DNA of 64,000 nt. Origin: Squalus acanthias (Eukaryota). The stretch spans positions 158,102,001-158,166,000 of the forward strand of contig CM059431.1 of the NCBI GenBank assembly GCA_030390025.1, read 5' to 3'. Shown here in pieces: positions 49,993-60,248 of this stretch. Made by a program: the position numbers and the translations under genes. Below the pieces are notes generated by a model. It saw nothing but the letters and a program-made list of their open reading frames with translations. It did no database searches and was not told the origin of the DNA. The first letter of the stretch is position 1; each line of letters opens with the position of its first letter.

Positions 49993-50035
49993 TTATATTT
50001 GTCTGTGACGTTCCATTGATGTAAGATCAGACAGG
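49993..50035 (-). CDS. Candidate terminal coding exon of the minus-strand NLR
   Basis: Acceptor ctttatgttgcag|c is phase-compatible with exon 51222-51413 and gives RLSDLTSMERHRQI*. An alternative acceptor exists at 50887-50888. There is no homology support. Confidence 0.3.
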
Positions 50036-50459
50036 CTGCAACATAAAGTTAAATATTAAAAAATAAATGAATAAGTATGGCATGGATGCTAGCGGCAGAA
50101 GCGGACAAACGTTTAGCCTCTCCTACAGTATTCCTCAGTGCAGTAATTTCAGGGAGCCCTTAACAATTATAAAATAAAGTGTTTCAGGAGTGGGATTGTT
50201 TACAGCGGAACCAGTTAGTCATTGATCAGCGTGTATCCCTCTCAGCAACTTCTGCGCTGATACAACATCACTTTCGAAAGAATGGAAGTGACGTAAATGA
50301 TCAGTGCTCAGCAATGAAGACAATAATGGCAGATGCAGAAAAACTGCAAAAGCCGGAATCTGAAGTGAAAATAGAAACTCCCGGCAATCCACAGTATATC
50401 AGCTGCACCGGTAAACATAGCGAGAGTGGAAGACAGCGCAAGTGGGACAGGGAGACGGT

Positions 50460-50825
50460 TAAGGAGGAGCAGAAGATGAAGAATGATAAAAGAAGGAGAT
50501 GAGAAAGAAGACGACAAAGAAAATAAAAGAGAAGTTGAAGGAAAAGAAGGAGAAGGAGAAGCAGAGAAGGAGGAGAAGAAGAAGTAGTAGAAGAAGGAGA
50601 AGAAGAAGAAGATGGAGGAGGAGAAGTAGGAGAAGGAAAAGGAGAAGAACAAGAAGAAGGAGAAGAGAAGGAGAAGAAGAAGAAAGAGGAGGAGTATAAG
50701 AGAAAGAGAAGAAGAAGGAGGACCAAGAGAAGAGGAAGGATAAGAAAAGGAGAGGCAGACGATAGTGAAGAAGGAGAAGAAGAAAGAGACGAAAAGACGG
50801 AGGAAAAGATGTATAGAAGGAGGAA
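50460..50825. repeat. GA-rich low-complexity (AGA/GGA)n tract
   Basis: Direct reading. Confidence 0.9.
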
Positions 50826-51221
50826 CAGGTCACTTAAGCAGAAATCAGTCGTTGTTTCGGCTGCTGACTGACCTGTAGTGCATTCCCTGCAGGTTAAAAA
50901 GAAACAGCGAGTATGTGAATCTCCATAAATTACTTGAAACACAAACATTTCACTGGGTAGTGTCCAGCGTATATTAACGTCCCATTACATGATTAACTAG
51001 TTTACTCTCTTTCATTTTTTTAGTAGAATCTGGAGATATAAAACAACCCCGAACTGCACCAGTAACAGCGAGAAAGAAAACTGTTTCAATTATTCTCAAT
51101 TAACCCATCCTTCGACGCAACAATCGTCTAATGCCCCTTAGTCTGCTGCATAGACTGAAAATGCGGCTCACATGTCGTTATTCCACTAAATATATAACTA
51201 AACTTAAAGAAGGAAATTTAC

Positions 51222-51413
51222 CGGATTTGAATTTGATTCTTTCTATGTTTCGCGAGGTCCTCCAGCTGAAGATACGAATCAGATGTGAAACAATTTCTTC
51301 TCTCGCCGTAATTTTCATTCGAACTGAGTTCCACAATTTTCAGCAATTGGTTCTTGTTGAGTGCGGAGCAGAGTTCCTCGGTACAAGCGTCTGTGAGACC
51401 GTTGTTGTTCAAA
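51222..51413 (-). CDS. LRR exon 2 (192 nt) of the intact NLR
   Basis: aatgcag|t LNNNGLTDACTEELCSALNKNQLLKIVELSSNENYGERRNCFTSDSYLQLEDLAKHRKNQIQI cg|gtaaat; open and in phase. Confidence 0.88.
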
Positions 51414-51593
51414 CTGCATTACAAAGGTACCGGATGTAACGTCGTGATTCAGAACAAAATGGATGTTTTTTTTACAAGGAGCAACGAAAAGCAAAAATAG
51501 CAATTAATCTACAACAGCACTAGCGAAAGAGATCAGATTTGTGTCGGAATGACAGATGCAATACTTCCACCCAATCAAGCAGATTTTACTTAC

Positions 51594-51680
51594 TCCATTG
51601 TTTCTATTTTGCAGTCCGCTCTCGACAATATTTCACAAAGTCCGTGCACTCCAGCATCTTTCAAATTATTGTCTTTCAGG
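51594..51680 (-). CDS. LRR exon 1 (87 nt) of the intact NLR
   Basis: ttccctgtccttag|c LKDNNLKDAGVHGLCEILSRADCKIETM ga|gtaagt; phase 2-2, compatible with the NACHT exon. Confidence 0.9.
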
Positions 51681-51825
51681 CTAAGGACAGGGAAATACAA
51701 TTTAGTGATGGGGTCTGAAATAATAATAATTTCTCTATACGTAGATGGATTAGAAATGAATGGCTTTATTAGCAGGAAAGACATTTGGAGAAGATTCCCC
51801 TTTTCAATGTTTAAAGATAAACCAA

Positions 51826-54350
51826 CCTTGAAGAGAGGAACAACATTCGCCACTCTCCAGTCCTCTGGCACCATCCCCGTGGACAGTGAGGACCCAAAGA
51901 TCAAAGCCAAAGGCTCTGCAATCTCCTCCCTTGCCTCCCAAAGAATCCTAGGATATATCCCATCTGGCCCAGGGGACTTATCGACCCTCAGGTTCTTCAA
52001 AATTGCTAAAACATCTTCCCTCAGAACATCTACCTCCTCCAGCCTATCCACCTTTATCACACGCTCATCCTCAAAAACATGGCCCCTCTCCTCGGTGAAC
52101 ACTGACGAAAAGTATTCATTCATCACCTCTCCTATCTCTTCTGACTCCATGCACAAGTTCCCACTACTGTCTTTGACCGGCCCTACCCTCACCCTGGTCA
52201 TTCTTTTATTTCTCACATAAGAGTAAAAAGCCTTGGGGTTTTTCTTGATCCGACCCGCCAAGGACTTCTCATGCCCCCTCCTAACTCTCCTAAGCTCTTT
52301 TTTTTAGCTCATTCCTTGCTACCTTGTACCCCTCAATCGACCCAACTGAACCTTGTTTTCTCATCCCTACATACGCTTCCTTTTTCCTCTTGACTAGACA
52401 TTCAACCTCTTTTGTGAACCATGGTTCTCTCACTCGGCCATTTCCTCCCTGCCTGACAGGGACATACCTATCAAGGACACGCAGTAATTGCTCCATGAAA
52501 AAGCTCCACTTTTCGCTTGTGCCTTTCCCTGATAGTTTCTGTTCCCATCTTATGCTCCCTAATTCTTGCCTAATCGCATCATAATTACCCCTCCCCCAAT
52601 TATAAACCCTGCCCTGCCGTATGGCCCTATCCCTCTCCATTGCAATCGTGAAAGTCACCGAATTGTGGTCGCTATCTCCAAAGTGCTCTCCCACATACAA
52701 ATCAAACACTTGGCCCGGTTCATTACCCAGTACCAAATCCAATGTGGCCCCACCTCTTGTCGGCCTATCCACATATTGTGTCAGGAAAGCCTCCTGCACA
52801 CACTGTGCAAAAACTATCCCATCCGAACTGTTTGACCTATAAAGGTTCCAATCAATATTTGGAAAGTTGAAGTCACTCATGACAACTACTCTGTGACCTC
52901 CACACCTATTCATAATCTGCTTTGCAATTTCTTCCTCCACATCTCTATTACTATTTGGGGGCCTGTAGAAAACTCCTAACAACGTGACCGCTCCTTTCTA
53001 TTTCTAACTTCAGCCCATATTACCTCAGACAGCAGATCCCCCTCGAACTGCCTTTCTGCCGCTGTTAAACTATCCTTGATTAACAATGCTACTCCTCCAC
53101 CTTTCTTACCACCTTCCCTACTCTTACTGAAACATCTATACCCCGGAACTTCCAACAACCATTCCTGTCCCTGTTCTAACCATGTCTCCGTAATGGCCAC
53201 CACATCGTAGTCCCAAGTACCAATCCACGCTCCAAGTTCTCCTACCTTATTCTGGATGCTCCTTGCATTGAAGTAGACACACTTCAAGCCACCTTCCTGT
53301 CTGCCGGTACATTCCTGCGACCTTGATACCCTCCTCAGTACCTCCCTACACTCATCACTGGCTCCTGGACTACAGCCCTTTTTCCCATTCCCCTGACAAA
53401 TTAGTTTAAACCCCCCGAAGAGCCGTAGCAAATTTCCCTCCCAGGATATTGGTGCCCCTCTGGATCAGGTGCAAACCGTCCTGTTTGTACAGGTCCCACC
53501 TTCCCCAGAATGCGCTCCAATTATCCACATAACTGAAACCCTCCCCCCTACACCATTCCTGCAGCCACGTGTTAATCTGCACTCTCTCCCTGTTCCTCAA
53601 CTCGCTGGCACGTGGCACCGGCAACAAACCAGAAATTACAACATGGCTTATACTGGCTCTCAGCTTCCAACCTAGCTCCCTAAATTCCTGTTTTAAATCC
53701 CCGTCCCTTCTCCTACCTATGTCGTTGGTACCGATGTGTACCACGACTTGTGATTGTTCCCCCTCCCCCTTGAGGATTCTGAAAACACGGTCCGAGATGT
53801 CACGGACCCTGGCACCCGGGAGGCAACATACCATCCGTGAGTCTCTTTTGCTGCCACAGAACCTCCTATCTGTCCCTCTGACTATTGAGTCCCCAATAAC
53901 TATTGCTCTCCTGCTCTCCCCCCTTCCCTTCTGAGCCACAGGGACGGACCCAGCGCCGGAGATCCGGTCACCGCGGCTTACCACCGGTAGGTCGTCCCCC
54001 TCAACAGCATCCAAAGCGTTATACCTGTTACTGAGGGGAACGACCACAGAGGATCCCCGCACCGACCGCCTCCTCCTAGCCCCTCTCACCGTCACCCATC
54101 TATCTTCATTCTTTGGAGTAATTACATCCCTGAAGCTTCTATCTATGACCTCCTCTGCCTCCCGAATGATCCGAAGTTCATCCAGCTCCAGCTCCAGTTC
54201 CCTAACACGGTTTTCGAGGAACTGGAGATGGGTGCACTTCCCACAGGTGTAATCAGCAGGGACACCTACGGCGTCCCTCACCTCAAACATTCTGCAGGAG
54301 GAACCTTACACTGCCTCCCCTGCCATCCCCTCTAGCTAACTTGCGGATTA
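51826..54350 (-). mobile_element. 5' part of a CR1 LINE (ORF1, APE, ORF2 up to VPLFK), inverted relative to its 3' part
   Basis: ORFs 53406..54290, 52976..53431 (YFNARSI, VVAITETWL), 52290..52982 (SDFNFP, GDSDH) and the start of 51590..52261 (KSPGPDGIYPR, ANVVPLFK). Confidence 0.92.
53406..54326 (-). CDS. CR1 ORF1 protein (Cys motif, coiled coil, SGNH/GDSL esterase-like domain); N-terminus disrupted by a stop
   Basis: CGKC, LELELDEL heptads, VIGDSIVR, VHIGTND and DGLHL. An upstream ATG at 54326 is followed by an in-frame TAA. Confidence 0.85.
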
Positions 54351-54689
54351 AACTAGAACAGATTTAAACCAATCCACTGTTTTGTCTATTCAGGGGCGGA
54401 TCAGTTGTTGTCACCGAAGTAATCGGCTTCCCACAAAAGCTACAGAATCCCGGGAATACCTGCACCCTCCAGGGAATGAGTTGCCGTGATCTTGACATTT
54501 ACATTGTAATTATTTCTGTGGTGCCCAAGTTTAATATTCTCCTGAGACTCGTATTCCAATCCAGTTACAGTCCTATGCTGTGAGTGTGTGGGTGTGTCTG
54601 GTACAGTGGGTGTGACAGGCACTATGTCTGTGAGTGGGACAAATAAGATTTATCAGAGTAAAAGAGCGGGAACCGGCGCAGTTTAAAAG

Positions 54690-56066
54690 GAGCCGGTTAG
54701 TCTTACTTCGGTGGTTGGTAAGATAATGGAAAAGGTCCTGAGGGATAGGATTTATGACCATTTCGAAAGAGGCAACTTAATCAGGGATAGTCAACACGGA
54801 TTCGTGAAGGGTAAGTCTTGCCTAACAAATTTGATTGAATTCTTTCAGTAAGGTAACTAAGTGTGTAGATGAAGGTAGAGCAGTTGATGTCGTATACATG
54901 GATTTTAGTAAGGCGTTTGATAAGGTTCCCCATGTTCGGCTCATGAAGCAAGTAAGGAGCTGTGGGATAGAGGGAAATTTGGCCGATTGGATAAGTGACT
55001 GGCTATCTCATAGAAGGCAGAGGGTGGTGGTGGATGGAAAATTTTCGGACTGGAGATCAGTTACCAGCGGTGTGCCACAGGGGTCGGTGCTGGGTCCTCT
55101 GCTGTTTGTGATTTTTATCAATGACTTGGAGGAGGGGACTGAAGGGTGGATCAGTAAATTTGCTGATGACACCAAGATTGGTGGAGCAGTGGATGAGGTG
55201 CAGGGCTGTTGTAAGCTGCAAAGAGACATTGATAGGATGCAGAGCTGTGCCGAAAAATGGCAGATGGAATTTAACCCTGATAAGTGCGAGGTGATTCATT
55301 TTGGTAGGGCAAATTTGAATAAGCATTAGAGGGTCAACGGCAGGGTTCTGAGGAACGTGGAAGAACAGAGGGATCTGGGGGTTCATATCCACAGATCTCT
55401 GAAGGTTGCCACTCAAGTGGATAGAGCAGTAAAGAAGGCCTATAGTGTGTTAGCGTTTATTAACAAGGAGTTTGAGTTTAAGAACCGTGAGGTTATGCTA
55501 CAACTGTACAGGACCTTGGTGAGACCACATTTGGAATATTGTGTGCAGTTCTGGTCACCTCACTATAGGAAGGACGTGGAAGCATTGGAAAGAGTGCAAA
55601 GGAGATTTACCAGGATGCTGCCTGGTTTGGGGGGGAGGTCTTATGAGGAAAGATTGAGGGAGATAGGGCTTTTCTCTTTAGAGCGGAGGAGGATGAGAGG
55701 CGACTTAATAGAGGTTTATAAGATGATGAGGGGGATAGATAGAGTGGATGTTCAGAGACTATTTCCTCGGGTGGAGGTAGCTGTTACAAGGGGGCATAAC
55801 TATAAGGTGCAGGGGGGGGAGATATAGAAGGGATGTCCGAGGTAGATTCTTTACTCAGAGAGTGGTTGGGGTGTGGAATGGACTGCCTGCTGTGATAGTG
55901 GAGTCGGACACTTTAGGAACTTTCAAGCGGTTATTGGATAAGCACATGGAGCACACCAGAATGATAGGGAGTGGGATAGCTTGATCTTGGTTTCGGACAA
56001 TGCTCGGCACAACATCCAGGCCTGAAGGGCCTGTACTGTCCTGTAAGGTTCTATGTTCTATGTTCT
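54690..56066 (+). mobile_element. 3' part of the same CR1 (RT and 3' UTR)
   Basis: Starts at PVSLTSVVGK; contains [23 protein letters not shown] and KFADDTK; ends in a (ttctatg)n tail. Confidence 0.93.
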
Positions 56067-56075
56067 ACAAGTATG

Positions 56076-56558
56076 AAAGCAAAATACTGCGGATGCTGGA
56101 AATCTGAAATAAAAACAGAAAATGCTGTAAATACTCATCAGGTCAGGCAGCATCTGTGGAGAGAGAAACAGAGTTCACGTTTCAGGTCGATGACCCTTCA
56201 TCAGAACTGGAAAAAGTTGGAGATGGAACAGATTTTTATGCAAGTGTAGGGACAGGGAAATAAGTTAGAGTCATCTTTTGTTTCTCAAATTGTCCCATTA
56301 CCATCTCCTTTTGCGTTGCACCATCTCTTAATGTCTCTTAATCTCTCCTGCCTTCCATCCTATCACAGACCTTCCCTTTTGTTCTTTCCTCCCCTTCCGC
56401 CTTTCCCTGCCTCAACACTTGCTTAAAACCCGGTTCAATCTCCATCTTTTTCCAGTTCTGACGAAGGGTCATCGGCCTGAAACATTAACTCTCTTTCTCT
56501 CTCACTCCACAGATGCTGCCTGACCGGCTGAGTATTTCCAGCATTTTCTGCTTTTATT
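56076..56558. mobile_element. Fold-back Penelope-like-derived element with hammerhead motifs in both arms
   Basis: Inverted arms from ~56108 to 56558, a 32-nt unpaired tail (56076-56107), and TSD ta(c/t)aagtatg (56066-56075 / 56559-56568). HHR cores lie at 56172-56209 (minus) and 56453-56490 (plus). Confidence 0.82.
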
Positions 56559-56624
56559 TATAAGTATGGTTGTGTTGTGGTCATGATACTGGAAAAATAA
56601 TCCAAGACGACTAGGATAACAATT

Positions 56625-58323
56625 CAGAGGATTTTGCCGGCGCGCAGAGGGCGGGTTGAGAGGCAGGTCCGCTGTCAAAATATAACAGATTGACAGCAGG
56701 GCGGTATCCCGATCTGAACCCGCCTTCATGTAAGTTTCCCAAATGCTGGATCTGCCTGCGCATTGCAGACCCGGCACCAAGCGGCAGGTCAACCAATTGA
56801 AATTATTAAGCTTTTACCAGCTACTTACCATTTTCCCATCATTTTCCGGAGCTTCCCGTCGCTCGAGGATCACGTCATGTAAGTGTGTCGGGTTCTCAAT
56901 GACTCGTCATTGCTGTAATAGGTGTCAGCTGCATAAGTGGTATAGAAGCTACCATTTCACAGCTGTTCACTTTCCAATGTCAGAAGCTGGAGACTTCAGT
57001 ATTTGGAAGACACTTTTGAGCTTTATGCAGTTTGGAAGTGGTAGCAGTAAACGCTCTATCCACTGTCACCTTCTTGGAACAACCTTTCTCACCATTGACA
57101 GATCGCTTCTTTCATGTCAACTTCAGGTTCCATCTATTCCAGCAGCATCGGTGCCCTTGAAAAATATCTCACCTTGGTCCTCAGAATCACTCTACGATCA
57201 GACCCAGCACCAACATCACCAGGCACACCAGCATCACCAACAACAGCACCAACACAACAACCTTCTCCGCAATCACCTGGTGCTGCACAGGACACATGGC
57301 ATCAGCGCCTGACCACATTGCTGCCCGGGATACCAGCGATGGCCTCACCATGGCCAGATTTACTTCAGTTGATCCTGTACACCCTGGCTGCCACGTGATG
57401 CGCCAGGTTGACACCAACTCACACCAGCACCATAAAGCATCCCTACAATGTGAAAGACATTCCTTTCACACTCATCACCATTGTGTGTGTGTGTGTCGGG
57501 GGGGGGGAAGTTATGTCTCACCATTCACTGAAACTCACTAAGACACTTCCAAGGGTGCACACAGATCTGTCCAAGAAGACAAACTGCTGAAAATAAAGAT
57601 TTCAATGTTTGACAATACATCAACAGAAACTTTACATGACCTTTGCATAAAACACCCAAGTGCTTACCCTTTTGTGTTGTTAGTTGGTGTGATTGGACTA
57701 AGATGAGGTTGATTGTGAGGGGTGGCTATTGAGATGGAAAAGTGATAATGTACAAAGAGGGGGATGGGTGGAGGTGCAAGGTAAGTTGGTGGGTGTAAGG
57801 GTGTGCAGGGGTAGTGTAGGGAAGGCGGAGTGATGGGGATGTGATGAACAGTACAGCAGGATGAAGTTGAGTGTGGCTTTGCAGTAACTTTTCGTGATCT
57901 ACTGAGATCATTGAAAGGTTTGCGCCATTGCAGCCTGGTCCTCCTGACGACATTTCTGCTTGTGTCCTCCTATGCAATGTGCAACCAGGCTGCGTTGGTG
58001 TCTTGGGGAGGTCTCTTCCGCCCATTGGAAGGGAAGAGAACCTCCCTGTATACTGTGACTCCCTCCAGAATCATATGGAGGGTGTCCTTTGACAGCCTGG
58101 GTGCAGTCGTGCAGATCTGTGCAGTGCTTGACAGTGTTTGCAGCACCTCAATTTTATCAGACTCGTTTCCTTTTAATTAATCTGGAGCCTCGCAGGGCGG
58201 GGCTAAACAAGTCCAATTCGGCGAAAGTCATGTGGGAAGCCGGCATGGAGACAGGAGAGATTCTGGGACCAGCCAACGACCCCTCCTGCCGCCCTGCCGC
58301 CTCGGTAGAGGAAATCGCGGCCC
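56625..58323. mobile_element. Internally deleted Harbinger-like DNA transposon remnant
   Basis: GC-rich subterminal regions, a right end gaaatcgcggccc similar to the MITE TIRs, and a Myb/SANT-like pseudo-exon. The left boundary is uncertain. Confidence 0.5.
57889..58110 (-). pseudogene. Myb/SANT-like DNA-binding domain (Harbinger accessory protein, NAIF1/MSANTD-like)
   Basis: Manual translation gives TAPRLSKDTLHMILEGVTVYREVLFPSNGRKRPPQDTNAAWLHIA*EDTSRNVVRRTRLQWRKPFNDL, with one in-frame stop. Confidence 0.7.
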
Positions 58324-58630
58324 ATGAGTTCAAATCCCACTGTGGCAGTTTGAGAATTTGAATTCAGTTTAAACAAATCTGGAACTCCAAATCTGGTACC
58401 ACTAAACATTTCGATTATTCCGGAAACTCAATTGGTTCACGAACGCATTTTAAGGAAGGAATCCTGCCGGCCTTACCCAGTCTGGGTTATTTGTGAATCA
58501 TGTCCCACACCGACGTGGTTCACACTCAGTTGCCTTCTGAAGTGGCCCAGCAAGCCATTCAGTTGTACCAGTGATGGAGAATATATTTCGGCCTTGTGAG
58601 GGACTCTCAAATCCCGAGAATGAAATAAAA
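58324..58630 (+). mobile_element. Degenerate SINE-like element
   Basis: B-box-like gagttcaaatccc and an A-rich end (cccgagaatgaaataaaa). Confidence 0.45.
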
Positions 58631-60021
58631 TGGCGAGGTCTGCAAGCTTTTCACGCACCTGACCGCTTCTGCCGGTGGTTTTAATTTCCAGACATTGGGG
58701 TGAAATTGAACATGGTTAGTGGAAACCGCCCGTGCCTAATTTCACCCGAACACTTTAAGCACACGCGAGAGTGCGGAGATGGGAAAAATGATGAAAGCGC
58801 GCCCTCTGCCGATCCTTGTGCAGAGCGGGAGCTTATTGTAAAATAGCATTTCCAACGCTCACGATTTTCTGTCCATTATCGTCACTGGACAGACAGTGCC
58901 AAGCAGTGCACAGGGATATTCCTCTGACTGTTAGGCCACTGACTGTTCGACACCCCTCAGGGAGAAGATTCTTGGAAAATTGGCACAAATTATTGCAAAT
59001 ATAATCGTCTTCCGATTTCAAGCTAAAGAGACTTGCTGAGTTAGATAATCATCGTTACTGGCTGAGTATAAAGCAACATCTGCGCTGAACACAAAGTGCC
59101 TTTGCTTCTATTTAAATTAATGAAAGGATATTGACCAGGCTGAGTTACAACATATTGTATCCATCTATATTTGGTGTGTTTGTTTGTTTGTGTGTGTGTG
59201 TGTTTTATTTTTATTTGTTTTATCTATTATCTTCAATAAACCGCACGCTATTTTAAACGTAAATCTAGGAGTGACGTTTTGATGATTTTCTGATTATAAA
59301 AACAGGGTGATGCCTGTGAAGGGGCAGGTAAATTCCAGAGCTCACCTGGATCAGGTAGAACAGAACCAAGATGCGAGGTAAACAGCCTTGTACTGTGCAA
59401 CAAGTTTATCTAGTCTATTACTGCAATACACGTGTCAACTAATCGAATGGACAGTTTAACGCTTCTGGGAAAACAGTGAACAGAGGAATTTGGTAAAGAA
59501 TGCACTTAGAGTTGGCGTCCTTACAATGCAATCAGTAACTTACGAATTTAGATAAACATCAGCATATATAGTAGCAGATCGCTTGTGGTGTTGTTCAAGG
59601 TCATGGGGAGGGAATGCTGTTTTAAGAAAACGAAGATCTTGTCAGCAAAGTGTGAAGGGGGAAATGGGTCAAGGAAAGTGTTGCAGGAAATAGGTGGAAT
59701 TGCAGGATGTGCAAGCAATATGCAAGATCTGCACTATGTGATAACACGGATTTTCACGAATTCACAAAATGCATGTTTAGGATAATTAATGACACTCTGA
59801 AATAACTAATGTTTATGCGTTGGGAGACAATGATATAGTAGATTAAAGGTAGCTTTTAAGTGCCGGCTAAATTTTGTCCAAACTAGTTGAGTTCGAGTTT
59901 TACCTGACATGTAACGTACAGACTGCAACACATTTGCTGAAATCAACTCATTTCCACAGTCACAATTCGGTTTATGTTTTAGATTGGTTCAGGTAGATAT
60001 CCTAAAGGAAAGTCAGAAATC

Positions 60022-60185
60022 AAGGGGAAATTGAAAATGGGCGGGGACGTAAACAAGGTGGAATCGCATTTGCCGCCCGTTATACGTCACGCCATATATT
60101 CAGTTCCATTGATGTCAATGTATAACGGGCGACTGGGGTGATTCGAACTGTTTTACGCTCTCGTCCATGACCAATTTCAACCCCT
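60022..60185. mobile_element. Short palindromic MITE-like element
   Basis: ggggaaattg ... caatttcaacccc ends; internal inverted cgcccgttatac / gtataacgggcg. Confidence 0.55.
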
Positions 60186-60248
60186 CACCTTTTCAAGGAT
60201 ATAATTCAGTAAACGATAATGGATTTTTCCAGAACTGGATAAAAATAC

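Noticed and set aside
50301..50948. Ser-, Leu- and Arg-rich ORFs
   Set aside because: They come from the GA-rich low-complexity tract.
51590..52261. Apparent RT-LRR fusion protein
   Set aside because: This is chance in-frame read-through from the CR1 fragment across ~145 bp of intron into an LRR exon that has its own canonical acceptor.
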